Shown: positions 49,473 to 62,344, counted from the stretch's first letter. The stretch is 64,000 nt of DNA from Squalus acanthias (GCA_030390025.1 CM059432.1:102240001-102304000); one strand, 5' to 3'. A program made the numbers and translations. The notes: a model not told the origin generated them from the letters alone.

Positions 49473-50515
49473 GGATGGCAAGATGTTGCCTTCAGCAGGG
49501 CTAATTCAGTGAATTCTGAAAGAGGCTGAGAGAAGGCAACAGCCCTTAGGGGTGGTCAAAGCCCGAGCCCATTCTAAACTCGCCCCCTGTGCCAGTCAGA
49601 ATGGCAAGGCAGATCAGCTAGCCAAGAAGTTCGAGATTGTCCTCGAAGTGTGGGAACCACCTGCAGCCTTTTAGGGCCAGATAAATAAAGTTCAAAGGGA
49701 AATACCCCCTTTTAGATCTTAGACCCATAAAATTAAATCCATCCAGGTGGCCATCAAAGGTGAGGTCTCATGGCCCAAAGATGCCTTTAAAAGAAAAGAC
49801 AATTTTACAGTCCTAAATAACTTGTTTTTTCAGGGCAAATGAGAAGTCCCACAGTCACTTCATAATGAGGTGGTTCTAGTGAGCACAAGAAGGCTGACAG
49901 CCTGGTCCAAACTAATGCAGCATATGTGGTGGCCTTGTATGGATCAGACCATGAATACCATTATTAATGATTGCCTCACGTGTGCCCAGTATGACCCTGA
50001 GCCCAGAGTTAAAACACCACCTAGCCATGTCCCAGAATCCAATGGCCTGTAGAGAAATTTGCAGATTGATTACATTGACCCATTTCAGAGGACTCAGAAG
50101 GGTAACCAGTACATCTTGGTTATAATTGAGTGTTTTTCTAAATGGTTTGTGGCTATCCCTATGAGACGAGTCATCACTACACAAACTGCAAAGGTACTCA
50201 TTGAGCATGTTTTCACTCGCTGAGGACTGCCAGAGACAATTGAGTCCAATCAAGGGACTCATTTCACTGGTCAGGTCATGAAAGAGACAGTAAAGCAGCT
50301 CGGAATCAGGCACAAATTTCACTTTCCACGTAACCCTTAGGCAGCTGGGATAGTCGAGCGTATGAACCGTGCCCTTAAGCAGAGACTTACCAAGGCAGTG
50401 GGAGAAGCTGGTAAGAATTGGGATGTTGTATTGCCGCTCATAGTGATGGCAATTTGAGGTACCCCCACCCGGGCGACAGGACATACTCCGTTCGCAGTCA
50501 GGACAGGACAGGACA
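49473..50515 (+). pseudogene. pol remnant: RNase H C-terminus and integrase
   Basis: DGKMLP...VKARAHS...NGKADQLAK (RNase H). WWPCM...CLTC (Zn domain). LQIDYI...IESNQGTHFT...GIVERMNRALK (DDE core, second D mutated to N). Four in-frame stops. Confidence 0.9.
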
Positions 50516-51238
50516 CTGGATGCAGTTGCCAGAGCTTTGGCCCTCTCCAGACCTCAACACGAGAGTGTGACCATGAACACATATGTGGATCAATTATACA
50601 CTCAGTTGTAACATTCCATCGTTTCTATAATCTTTTTATGGCTTATGGGCGATGACAATGAGCAAGTTGCAGAGGACAAGACTGAGTCCAATTGGACATT
50701 CCCAGGCAATCAGGCCGATGCCTTTGAAATTTTAAATGCACTTTTACCATGGCCATGGGGCAATGAGGAGGAGTTTGAACATACTGAACCCTCCCTACCT
50801 GAAGGAATAGGTGAAAACCATTAAAAACACAAAGAGAAGGACTTGGAGTTGGAAATTCCCTATGTACATCTGTGTGTGGGATTGAAAGGGTTAATTTCCA
50901 AACTGCCTGCTGGCTACTAGCTCCAAAAGAGAGCGAGAGAGAGAGAAGCGATAGTCTCTCGCATGTTGCTAGCTGCTAGCCACCAGCTCCAAAAGAGAGA
51001 GTGAGAGGGAAACCTTGGGAGATAAGGCCGAGAGCTAGTCTCTCACAGGTTTTTTTCTTAAGGATTTGGCTCAGTTAAAGAGATTATTCTTTAAAATAGA
51101 TCACTTAGTGATATTGTAGCAGTACTTTAAACGATTATATCATTTTATGCTTGCAATCTACCTTGCAATAATCAATTATGTCAGATATTAACCAAGATCA
51201 TATATCACCTCTTTCAGATATATTACCACGGTTGAACC

Positions 51239-53219
51239 ATGAACTTATTGCTAGCTGTCGTGTTGGGCTACTTCGCACCCCTCGTTAAATCTGCAGACTT
51301 ATGGGACTGTGTCGTCATGAGTTATATCACCAATGAGACCAGGCCATGATTAACACAGGACTTTTCTACACACGTACCAGTAGAGAAAGGGCTTTGATTG
51401 ATGTGTATCGGCAAAGGGATAGAGCAAGCTATCAAGTACATCGGATGAGTGCAAACACCAGTAAAGACAGTGGCACTGACCCTTTTGGCATACCCTATAT
51501 GGGTGACACTAAGGACATCTTTGAATTCCTGAATGGGATATGGGCAATGACTAGCTCTCTCAATTTCCCTCAGGTCTGGAAACAATGTGCTGACTGCTAT
51601 GGGTGCGAATCCATCAGAGAGAGCACTGATATTTCATCTTGGTCACTCTGTTTCTCAAAGTATCCAAGAACGCAGAGTCATCAGATATAACTGCCCATTC
51701 AGCCTCTACCGAATGCTCAGTTGTGGACAAGGCCCAGTTTATTGGTTTTCAAAACATATTCGACCTAATATAACAATGTGAGATTTGAAATCTTTCCTGC
51801 TCTGATTGATTTTTCAAAAATTGCTTTGCTGCAAGGTTTGTGTAATAAAACTTATGAGAGGTCCCACCAAAAGATGTTGGCTGAAAAACTTAGACAGGTT
51901 ATGGAGAAAAATTCAGGTCAAGATATAAATGTAGTTCCAAGGGGTAACACCACACACCCCATTAGACAGAGAGAGAACCAGGATATAGCTGAATAGTTGG
52001 GTATAGGGGCCACAGCAGGGATGGCCACTTGGAACAGGATAGATATAGAAAGCATGTGGGAACACGATGAAGCCATGCAAAAACCATTAAAAGGTAATAT
52101 GAAAGGGGAAAATAGGATAGTGACAGGATCGTTGGATGAACAGCAAAAAGTTTTAGTGTCTTTGAAGGAGATGGTTGACAACTTTCGGCAGATTCAGGAG
52201 AAAATTAATGAAGTAATAAGTGACACGATGACATCTATGGCTCAGATCTCCAAAGGGGTCACGTGCAGCATGTACCGCTCATTTATGTTGTCAAAGGTAC
52301 AAAAGGGATTGGAAGATATTGAGAACAATTATATCCCTTCTTTTCCAACTAATGAACAGGTTGATAAATGGACTGGTGGTGGAGGAAACCATTGTACTGT
52401 AATATTAGACGCCTGGGATCTGTATACCTAGTAAAACACTCATGTGAAGGGTGGAAAGAAATACAATTTTTTGCTGTGACTTTGCAATTCACTCCTTCCA
52501 CCTGACTAGAAGGCTCTAGAGGTCTTCCAGGTGGAGTTCATCGGCGACCTTGAAGGGGACATACATAAGGAATTGTTTAACTGTCCAAAGGTATCGGCAA
52601 AGAGTGGTGAAATCTGGGTGGCGCCAGATTTATCTTGCTGTACTCTGAGTAAAGACACATGGTGTGATGTCACCCAGAACAGCGTCCCGGGGTGTGGTTT
52701 CACCCTGGATGAGCATTCCCCGAATTGTACTGTTAGTGTTCAAAGATGGAAATCGGGATAAGCAAGACACGGATTCATGGGAAGGGATTGTTACTGTGTG
52801 ACAACATCGGACTTGGCTTATCATCATGGGAAGCAAGAGTGCCCTGTATTAACACCATCCTTTTGCTTTACTCCTGAGTGACCTATGAAAATTGCAAGTT
52901 TGGTCCTCATCCCAGTAAACGTTCATAATGTTATGGAAATTCAGGTGGAAGTCGGTTTAAGGGAGGAAGCTGAGAAGGCTGCCATAGAGTTTGGACATCC
53001 GATTCCACTACTGTCACTGAGTCTTAAATCTATACTTGTGTACAACTTAGGTCAACATCACTGGACTAGAATTATCTCACAAGTTTTAATCCTTACCCAT
53101 TCTGTTCTATTGTAATTGCTATTATGTAGTGTACTCAATGTATGGAAAGGTGAATATGCAAATGGATTTATTGCACTACCAAGCCGTGGACTACAGTTGA
53201 AGTGGACATCTGAGCCTTA
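51239..53219 (+). pseudogene. env: class I fusion glycoprotein pseudogene, F-protein-like
   Basis: Signal peptide MNLLLAVVLGYFAPLVKS. ORF pieces at 51346, 51778, 51997, 52531 and 52885 all lie in one frame. Decayed cleavage site and fusion peptide (RQRENQ/DIAE*LGIGATAGMATWN), heptad region, Cys-rich domain and a C-terminal TM. Confidence 0.8.
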
Positions 53220-55065
53220 GAGGAATACAGGGATCGGTGCTGGGTCCTTTGCTGTTTGTAGTGTACATTAATGATTTAGATATGAATGTAGGAGGTATGA
53301 TCAGTAAGTTCGCAGATGACACGAAAATTGGTGGAGTGGTAAATAGCGAGGAGGGAAGCCTCAGGCTACAGGACGATATAGACGGGTTGGTTAGATGGGC
53401 AGAACAGTGGCAAATGGAATTTAACCCTGAAAAGTGTGAGGTGATGCATTTTGGGAGGACTAACAAGGCAAGGGAATACACAATGAATGGTAGGACCCTA
53501 GGAAGGACAGAGGATCAGAGGGACCTTTGTGTGCATGTACATAGATCCCTGAAGGCAGCAGGACAGGTAGATAAGGTGGTTAAAAAGGCATATGGGATAC
53601 TTGCCTTCATTAGCCGAGGCATAGAATATAAGAGCAGGGAGGTTATGATGGAGCTGTACAAAACGCTAGTTAGGCCACAGCTGGAATATTGTGTGCAGTT
53701 CTGGTCGCCACACTATAGGAAGGATGTGATTGCATTGGAGAGGGTGCAGAGGAGATTCACCAGGATGTTACCTGGGCTGGAGCGCTTCAGCTATGAAGAG
53801 AGACTGGACAGGCTGGGGTAGTTTTCCTTAGAGCAGAGAAGGCTGAGGGGGGACCTGATTGAGGTGTATAAAATTATGAGGGGCATAGATAGGGTAGATA
53901 GAAAGGAACTTTTCCCCTTAGTAGAGGGGTCAATAACCAGGGGGCATAGTTTCAAGGTAAGGGGCAGGAGGTTTAGAGGGGATTTGAGGAAAAGCTTTTT
54001 CACCCAGAGGGTGGTTGGAATCTGGAACTCACTGCCTGAAAGGGTGGTAGAGGCAGGAACCCTCACAACATTCAAGAAGCATTTAGATGAGCACTTGAAA
54101 CGTCATAGCATACAAGGCTACGGACCAAGTGCTAGAAAATGGGATTAGAATAGACAGGGCTTGATGGCCGGCGTGGACAGGATGGGCCGACGGGCCTCTT
54201 TTTGTGCTGTATAACTCTATTATGACTCTCGGGCTCAATTTTGTCAATGGGGACGTGTTGGAGGCGGGACTCCCACTTTTTGGGTTGTAGTCCCGCCTCC
54301 ATCAATTTGTGGCCAACCCACGCTACTTTCCCTTGATTGACCTTGTTAAGCCCACCCAGCAGGCTCAGCAGGTCAATTAAGGGACACCTGGATACTGGTG
54401 ATGTCAGCGATTGACATTTCATCTGTCAAGAGCTTTTGACAGATGAAATATCAGCGTTTGACAGCTCTGTGACCCAATTAGTTTTTTCAGTCTGAAAGTC
54501 GCCTCTGATGATGTCATCATTGCTGCTGCATTTAAGGTCTGCAAAGACTGCCAACCTTTTGGCCTTTGCTGTGAGAGGGACCTGGAGGCAAAATGAGCAG
54601 CAGGAGACCCAAGTCTGCTCCCAGATTTTTTTTTACCACCACCACCACCACCACCACCCACAACAATGGTAATGCCTGCTAAAAGTTCCCCCATAATGAT
54701 GATTGATCAAATCTCCTTTTTAATGTTGGAGCTGCAGCTGATAGTCAGCAATCCAAGTGTGCTACCATCAGGTTTCACCGTCGTGTTTCAGAGGAGGCGT
54801 GTATCACATCGGAAAAGTGTTAAAATCAGAAAGGCCTCTCAAAATGGGATTATAGAGGCAATTAAGTGGTTGTTAAGGGCCTTAAGGGCCTATCCCGCCT
54901 CTTGGAGGCGGGACGGAGACGGGATCAGAAACTACGCATTTGGGAAAATTGCTCGGAGACGGGATGGAGGCGGGGTCGGGCCCGCCCGCCATTTTTTGCA
55001 ATTTTAACACCCCACACACCTCCATTCCCGCCTCCTCGGGCCTGGTAAAATCGAGCCCTATGACT
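53220..55065 (+). mobile_element. Young CR1 LINE 3' part inserted at the end of env (MITE nested in its tail)
   Basis: SVLGPLLF, KFADDTK, LVRPQLEYCVQFWSP. Probable TSD CCTTA (53215-53219 and 55066-55070). Confidence 0.92.
54231..55058. mobile_element. Harbinger-type MITE
   Basis: TIRs GGGCTCAATTTT and AAAATCGAGCCC. Left part homologous to 200-452. Confidence 0.8.
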
Positions 55066-55088
55066 CCTTATGCTCAATAGAAGGGATA

Positions 55089-55727
55089 TGTAAGAAAAGT
55101 ACTTTTGCAGGTTTTCATTTTAGAATAAGACTTTCTGTGTAACCTTGTATTATTATTAATTCTTCAGCTAAAAGGTTGAAATCTTGTTTAGTTAGTTTGT
55201 CCTTGAAGTATTCCACAGAATGAGGCACCCATTCTGTGTTCTTATCTTATGTTTATAGGATGGTTTTGAGGGAGGCCTGGAGGGTCAGGTACTGTGTGTT
55301 ATCTAGGATGAGGTAGTAAAAATAGCTGGCTGCTTGGCGAGAGACAAAGAACATGATTGATGGGAGGCATCCTGGGCACAAGGACCGTTAGGAATAAGAG
55401 TGCTTTTAACATATATATAGCTGGACTTAGAGCATAGAATGTTAGAACATTTCTCGGAGTGGAACTGACACCCTCAGGTGAATGCAAGGCAACTCGAGTT
55501 TGATCACCTCAGGAGCTTGTCGATGTTAAGGAGGTTATATTTCAATGTCTTATTTGCTATGTTATAAGTATAACTTTTGTACTTTATCATTTTTACTTCT
55601 TGTATTGCAGCTTCTGTAATTATAATTATAATACGCATACACTTTGGAACAAGGTTCCCTCTAGTCTCTGAGTATCAAAGACCGAATCGAATAAAAATTA
55701 CTCACTGGACAGAGCAAAAGCTTTACT
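55089..55727 (+). repeat. 3' LTR of the second ERV
   Basis: Starts TGTAAG. TATATATA near 55412, AATAAA at 55690. Ends CTTTACT (CA decayed) where the L2 resumes. Confidence 0.75.
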
Positions 55728-56125
55728 GGTGCCAAGGGCATCAAAGGTGGACGTGAGGGAATGGTTAAGCAGATCGACAGGGAAAGACGCAGAAGGAAGT
55801 GGGATTTAAAGTGGGCCGGGGAATGTGATTGCTGAGGATACACGTAAGTGGTCGGGGATCACCCTGTCTATGATTGAGACCATGGCAGTAGAGAGGAGTT
55901 GAGGTGGAGATTGAGATCAGCAAGGATGAGGAGATGCTCAGTACAGAGGCTGAGGGAGGAAAGAAGGGAGGATATCTGAGAGAAACTCAGGTTGGGGTTG
56001 GGTGAGTGGTAAAGAACAAGGATTTTAAAGGAGAAACAAGAGGGGTGGATCAAGGTAAGGCACTTGAAGAAGTGAAGGTGCCAGAGGCATGGGGGATAGA
56101 CTGAGGTGCAGCTGGCCCACCCCTT

Positions 56126-57676
56126 TGTAGAATTCGCAAAATTATCGCGATTTTATAATAATGAGAAGGAGACAAAAAGTTTCGTACAAACAGCTTTATT
56201 TCAGCAGAATGCTGTCAGGTTTCAAAATGGACACAAACAGCCTGTAAAATGGCCGCCACGCCTCGTGGCAGAATGTTCTAGACTTTCAGTAGGCAGACAA
56301 GATGGCGTTTCAATAAACATTTCAGTGAGATCGGACAGGACTCAGCACATTTGAGATAATGACAAGACGCGATGGGTTTGCATTTTAAACATAAATACTG
56401 GAATCGGTCTTCCAGGTACAAACAAGGGCTATTGTACTGGGCGATCAAGGACCCATCCAAAGACATTAATATGCAAAATCCCTACGGCTCTACGATGAGA
56501 GAGCCGTTCGCGGGTACTCACAGCAAGCATTTGGAAGCCCCAAAACCCCTCCAGGGAGACTACTAGCCGGTTCCACAATGGGAGAAATATTAACGGGTAC
56601 TCAAACAGTTACAAGTGTCACCGAAAACCATTAAAGACTGAGATCACCCCATACAAGAACTTTTGAGCGCCAAAACATGACAAAAGATAGACATTAAGAT
56701 TGGGCGGGAAAGTAGGAATTACAGCACTATAACTGTAAAGTACAACCGTCCATCTTTCTCTTGCTGCTTTGACTCACTGGAAGGCTGCTGAACTCTTATT
56801 CTCTTGCCTGACAACTCTGGACTCTGATCCGCCAGGATCAACCTCGTGGCTTGCCGCGAAGATCTGTGGAGAACTGGGCTGTGAAGGCCTGGAAGCGGGC
56901 GCACCATCCCGAGAAGTCGGTAAACGGTGTTGGAACCGAAGGCCCGAGAGGAGATGAGATGAGATGAGATGAGAAGAGAAGAAGACGACAATACGTATCG
57001 CCACGGCAACTGGTGCCGGGCATAGGAAGACTCTTCTTTGAGTTTTATCAGAGTTCCGAGGACAACACAGATCTTCATGACAGCAGACGGTCCAGCCTGC
57101 TAGCCGGAGCAGAAGCGAGTAAACAAGTGGGGTACAGGGACCCCTAATCAACACGTGGATAGTCAGGTGCTGCGGTAAAAACATCCGAGCAGAGTTTCGG
57201 AATTCTCCGAGTTATCACGAGTGGTGAGCATGAGTCTCGATCCTACAAATCTAGATTAGGACAGGTATTGATAGGGGAGGGTTTAAGTTTTAAGGATAAT
57301 TATAATGTGTGTCCCCTTTTACGATGTGTCGTGCGCTCCTCGTTTCCCTAAACCTAGTTGCATAAATGTATGTAAGTTTGTACTGTCATTAATCTGTGCT
57401 TATGACATGTATTTCATAATCTTGAATAATATGCAATAAAGATTTTCCATTTCGCACTATTCAACCGGGTCTACCTGAGTTTTCTCTGCATTATTGCTCT
57501 CGCACCTAAGTCCAGTGTCAGAACCGTAAGGGCGAGTGGGTCGAACCACTCACAGGTGTCTAGTGTTACCAGGCTGGCTGGAGACCAGAACAGGCAACAA
57601 GGCCTAACCCCGCACTAGCACCCAGGCTACGCACAGAGCAGCCTTCGGCACCGAGCCGAGCACGGTAACCCTTACA
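56126..57676 (+). mobile_element. Long solo LTR (1551 bp)
   Basis: TGTA...TACA ends. Perfect 4-bp TSD CCTT (56122-56125 and 57677-57680). AATAAA near 57435. Internal (GAGAT)n. Confidence 0.85.
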
Positions 57677-58116
57677 CCTTCTGGAGATTTGTGGGTTGGG
57701 TCTTTTTTCTGTACTTTTAAAATATATGTGAGCTTTAGTGCTTAGTTTATATCCTAATTTAGATTAGGATTTCTGATTTTGTACTTTATGAATGCGTATG
57801 TAACTATTTGACATCTACAGAAGTATAGCTGGATTCAAATATAACTGTATAGATGTATATTATTGCTAAACATAATTTTTGTATAATTTTCTGCATGAAG
57901 AGTATGTCTCAGATACAAGCTGTACACGGAGAGGTCCTGTCATAATAATTAACTTATTTAACCTCCTAAGGGATAATTCTGTAAAATTTATTTCCAAAGG
58001 TAATTGAACAAAATTCCAGAATCTCACGGTAACCTTCCAGCCTCCACCCATTGAACTCTGGCTGGTTCCTTACTATGAATGACATTTCCATGGTTCCAAG
58101 CAGCACAAGAACCATT

Positions 58117-59025
58117 GGCCCTGAATTCGCGGTTGGTGGCATAGCTAAAGAGTACGCCGCCGACATCGTACAGAATCCGCACTTACCTCGTGCGAACCCC
58201 CCTTCGAGAACTTGCTTTCAAACACTGAAGAGTTGTGCGCAGGCTAGTGCCCCATGGAGCCCAGGAGCACACCGTTGTGTGTATGCGAACCTGGGGGCGG
58301 AGCACCTTTCACTTACTGACGCTTAGCCAATTGCCAATCCACTACTCCCGAAGTGAAATTCTGGGTAAACGGGTAATGCGACCAGTGTGGTGTTCATTGA
58401 GCAAACCTTTTATGTTGGAACTATCACTATCAGACAATGTAAGATCTATTTGTTACGTTCAAGTGGTAATTTTATTTTTTAATTGGTTAACATAGAAACC
58501 CTAGGTGCTTGTTTAAGGCACATTGAACAGATCTGAAAAGGGTTTCCTGTAATGCAAAATATAGTAGAGGTTTTTTTAAACGTGTATGTTACTAAAATTA
58601 ACTTACTTCTAAATGTAACTGTTTTGGAATTATACATTTTTCTAATAAATGAGAAGAAAATGCCCGTTGTTTGATGTGGGATATGGAAGTGAAAGTTTAC
58701 GTATGGCCACTTGTAAAGGGTTTTATATCAGGGGTGCTGTAAACATTCAGAGTCAACAAATTGTATTTTCTACAAAAAGAGATGTTGAGTCATTTCGGTG
58801 TAGAATATGTAGGTCCATGGTTTAAAATAAAAATCTACACCTCCAATGACAGTAAACAATTGAACATACCTATTTACCTATTGTATGGCACCAGTTAACA
58901 ATAGAAATGATGCTAGTTTCTATTATTTTTATCCCCTTATTCTCATATTCTCATATCGTCCCCTTGTCCCAGTTCTCTTTTTCTTTCTGAGAGTACGCTG
59001 TCATACCGACCGCAAATTTAGGGCC
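58117..59025. mobile_element. Harbinger-type MITE
   Basis: TIRs GGCCCTGAATTCGCGGTTGG and CCGACCGCAAATTTAGGGCC. TSD ATT. Confidence 0.85.
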
Positions 59026-60198
59026 ATTATTTCTTTCAATACCGAACCCGAGAACCTTTAGTTCCATTCCTAAACAGATATTTGTTACATCTTTTTAATA
59101 AAGCAATTAATCAACATAGCATTAACCTGTATTGTTATTCCACACATCCACTCCTCTGTGGAGCATATTGCTTTTGATCTCTTCATGTGGCTCAATGGTT
59201 TTTAATGTTGCCCTTATAACCTATAGTTTGGCTATTGCAATCTAAGTTAATTAATCTCTGCATACTGAACTTGACTTTCAAAGCTAAACATCATTGGAAT
59301 TACAGGTCAATATATTGCCTCCTTATTGGATGCATTTGCTTAGCTTTTAAAAACAGTAGTAATAGTGCTTTTATAATATGTCTTTTCTTTCAAATGGACA
59401 TTTTCTCAGTCAACCCATTGCATTATCACTCTTATATTGTAACTTCATGAAATTCATTTTTGCTCAGCAGCATAAGGAATATAACACGTAAGCTACTGGT
59501 CATTAAAAAAAAATGTTTAAAAAGTCTCCCAAAAATAAAGCTTCGAACTCTGCCCCTCCTTTTTTGGATATTGCAGACTGTTTGGCATCAGGTGTTGACC
59601 TATCACAAAATGGAAACCATGAAACTCGTCCAACTGAGACAGGCAAGTTTAAAGGACTGGCAGCTATACAATCTCATCTCATAACCTTCTGGTTGGAGTC
59701 AAGAGCTTGATCGCTTAAGCACTGCGCTGTTTAGTTCCTGGTCAATTTTTTTTTAATATTACAAAATTATGATTTTTCAAAAGTAATAAAATTTGAACAT
59801 TCAAAATAATTGCAGAGGATTCCTAATGGAAGGCATTATAAAATCCTGAAAATGTTCAACCAGCTGTTTAAAAAAAAATTACCAGTGGAACATTGCTGCC
59901 CTTGTATTTCTTGTAACCATACATAATATTGCCTGACTCGTCACACCATCAAATGTTAACTATTTTTGTGCAGACTCCTTTGATTTGTAAGGTTTTTTTT
60001 AATATAAATTGACATTTTTACTACATTACATTAATAAAATCTGTAAGCATGATTCCCCAACACAATTAAACTGTGAAGGGTATGCTACCAAAGATAACTT
60101 GCATGTAGCAGTCCCAGAACTCAACAATCTATTCCCAGAGCACTTGTTTGCAAATTCATGGGCCCAGCAACCCATAAAATGTTTAATTAAAAGACTGT

Positions 60199-61447
60199 GG
60201 TGGAAATTTTAACCCCTCAGCAGGAAAGCGGCTTAGCGAGTGACTAGCCCACGCAGGAGTGGCAAGCCCAATGTAAGCGTGAGGTTGTGGGGAGACAGAG
60301 GTTCCGGGGCAGTCAACAGTTCGAGAAGTGGAGTGAGTCCGGGGCAGGGGAGGCCTACACTTTCCTTGAGGGGCCCGGAGGAGCACTCCTGTTCCTCCTT
60401 GCCCCACAAAGAAAAGTTTTAAACTTACCTGGTTTTCGGTCTTGAGACCCGGTTGCAGCTGCTGCAGGGGCGCTGCTTTCTTCCAGGTTAAGATGGTGCT
60501 GGGGTCCTATACGCTTACATAAGTGTATGAGGCACTTGCGTGACTCAGGCGGGTGTCTCATATGCCTATAAAATCAAGGGTTAGAAATTCAGTGCATTTG
60601 CACCTCTCGTTGGCGCCCCCAAGGGGCGATAACGGGTTGCAAACAACTTTTCGCCCGGGCGCGGCACCGCTAACGACTCCCGCTAAATTCAGCGGGAGAT
60701 TAGCGGCGGTGGTAACTGGTAGTGCCATGCTTCGCTGCGCAGGCGATGACGACGTCATCACCATGCGCAGCGCCCCATTTTCGCCCTGCCTGCAAAATTG
60801 GCCCACACCCTCTGAATCTGCGTGGGCGATGACAGCGACCGATTCACAGGGCAGGAACGGAGCGGCAGGAGGCTCGCGGGGTGCTGAGTAAAAGAGAGGT
60901 GGCGGACGGGGAAAATAAAAAATCTGACGACTTACTTGTTGCCGCCCGTTGCCTCTTTGAACGCGGGGTCCGTGCCGCGATCTGGCAGCCTGGCACTCCT
61001 CTTGTGTGCCGGGCTACTGGCACGGCACCCCGCTGCCCAGTGGTCCGGGTAGGGCCCCGCAGAGTTGTGGCCTTGGGCCCGCCCCTTTAATGAGGGGAGG
61101 CGCCCTTCCATGCGGCAACCTACGTGGCCCAGTGCGTAGCGCTGCAGAACGCACCGCCCCGATATTCGGGGTTAGTGCTCTAAGAAGGAAGTGGAGCGCT
61201 TGAATTAGTGCGCCACCTCCCTCTTGGGGCGCTAAAACTGAATTTACTGATCGCCGCCGCTATTTTTTGTCGGGTGCTAAATTTAACACCCAGGCGATGT
61301 TAGCGACCCAAAATGGTCGTTAGTGAATTTTTCCCCCCAAGCCTTTTAAAAACAGAATGGAGCGAGAAGGGAGTGGATATTTCACGCACTCCATTTTAAC
61401 TGCCCACACATCCTGTTTCCGCTGGGCAGGGGGAGTTAACATTCCCA
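60199..61447. mobile_element. Older MITE hosting a family A MITE
   Basis: Ends GGAAATTTTAACCCC and GGGAGTTAACATTCC are inverted-related. Interrupted at 60578-61337. Confidence 0.55.
60578..61337. mobile_element. Harbinger-type MITE family A
   Basis: TIRs GGGTTAGAAATTCA and TGAATTTTTCCCCC. TSD CAA. Confidence 0.85.
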
Positions 61448-62191
61448 TCGCTACATGTATTGGTACAGGACATTATGGCCCTCACTGGTTTTCCACTCAT
61501 CGCTAATGCCCCCTGCCCTAACCTGACCAATATGACTGTTAATTAATCCATTTACATCTGCATCTCGCATTGAGAACAGCTATGTTCTTCACTATGTCTA
61601 GGAATCAGCTTTAAATTGTTTAAGTGCTCAAACAACTTAAAGTCCAGTTCCTGATCATGGCTAAGAACGTGCTTTTCCTCGCTGTGGAAAGAGGATTACC
61701 AGGTAATTAACAATTACAGTCGAAGCTCTATTCCTACAATGTCCTCTCCACTTCCAGATCTACCTGGCTCGGCACCTATGCCTTGGGCCCCTCTTTTCTC
61801 ACTGCTCCCTCATGCCCCTTCTTGCTGCTGTTGCTACCCCAAATGTCCATGCCTTTCCTCTTGCGTCCCACTCCTGATGAGCCCCTTTTGCACTCTGTTT
61901 CCAAGGATGAATTAAAAACTGGTTATATGCTGTTTAAAGCACTTGCTGTGCTTTCATTAAGAGAGTCAGCTGCCAGGTCACATTTCACGAAGCAGCGAGA
62001 AGGGGCTTGCGGAAGTGGTGACCAGGGAAAGGAAAAAGGCAGTGGTGCCGAGGTGACTGTCTTTGTGGCATTCCCATAGCACCCTTCAACTCTTGCCACC
62101 AGCCGGATCCTCCTCCCAGTACTCCCACACCCCACAACCCCCCATCTCCAATGCTTCCAGACCCTACCACTATCCTGCCAATGCTCCCACA

Positions 62192-62344
62192 CCCCAAAAC
62201 CACCTCCCAGCACTGGCACACTCCCACCACACAACTCCCAGACCCCAAAACCACCTCCCAGCACTGGCACACTCCCACCACACAACTCCCAGACCCCAAA
62301 ACCACCTCCCAGCACTGGCACACTCCCACCACACAACTCCCAGA
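62192..62344. repeat. 51-bp C/A-rich minisatellite, 3 copies
   Basis: Unit CCCCAAAACCACCTCCCAGCACTGGCACACTCCCACCACACAACTCCCAGA at 62192, 62243 and 62294. Confidence 0.93.

Larger units (their letters stand above)
49326..55727 (+). mobile_element. Decayed endogenous retrovirus (RNase H-IN-env; gag/PR/RT deleted), candidate lokiretrovirus-like
   Basis: 5' LTR remnant 49326-49473 matches the start of the 3' LTR at 55089 (TGTAAGAAAAGTAC). Purine-rich tract precedes the 3' LTR. Flanks GGAG/GGTG. Interrupts the L2. Confidence 0.85.
46597..57715 (-). mobile_element. Long degraded L2 LINE hosting several nested insertions
   Basis: 3' tail at 46597. PVLADLHWL and FKILIL motifs. Endonuclease-like LLILADLNLH at ~55900. 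Sequence resumes across each insert (47157-47610, 48172-48492, 49326-55727, 56126-57676). Confidence 0.75.
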
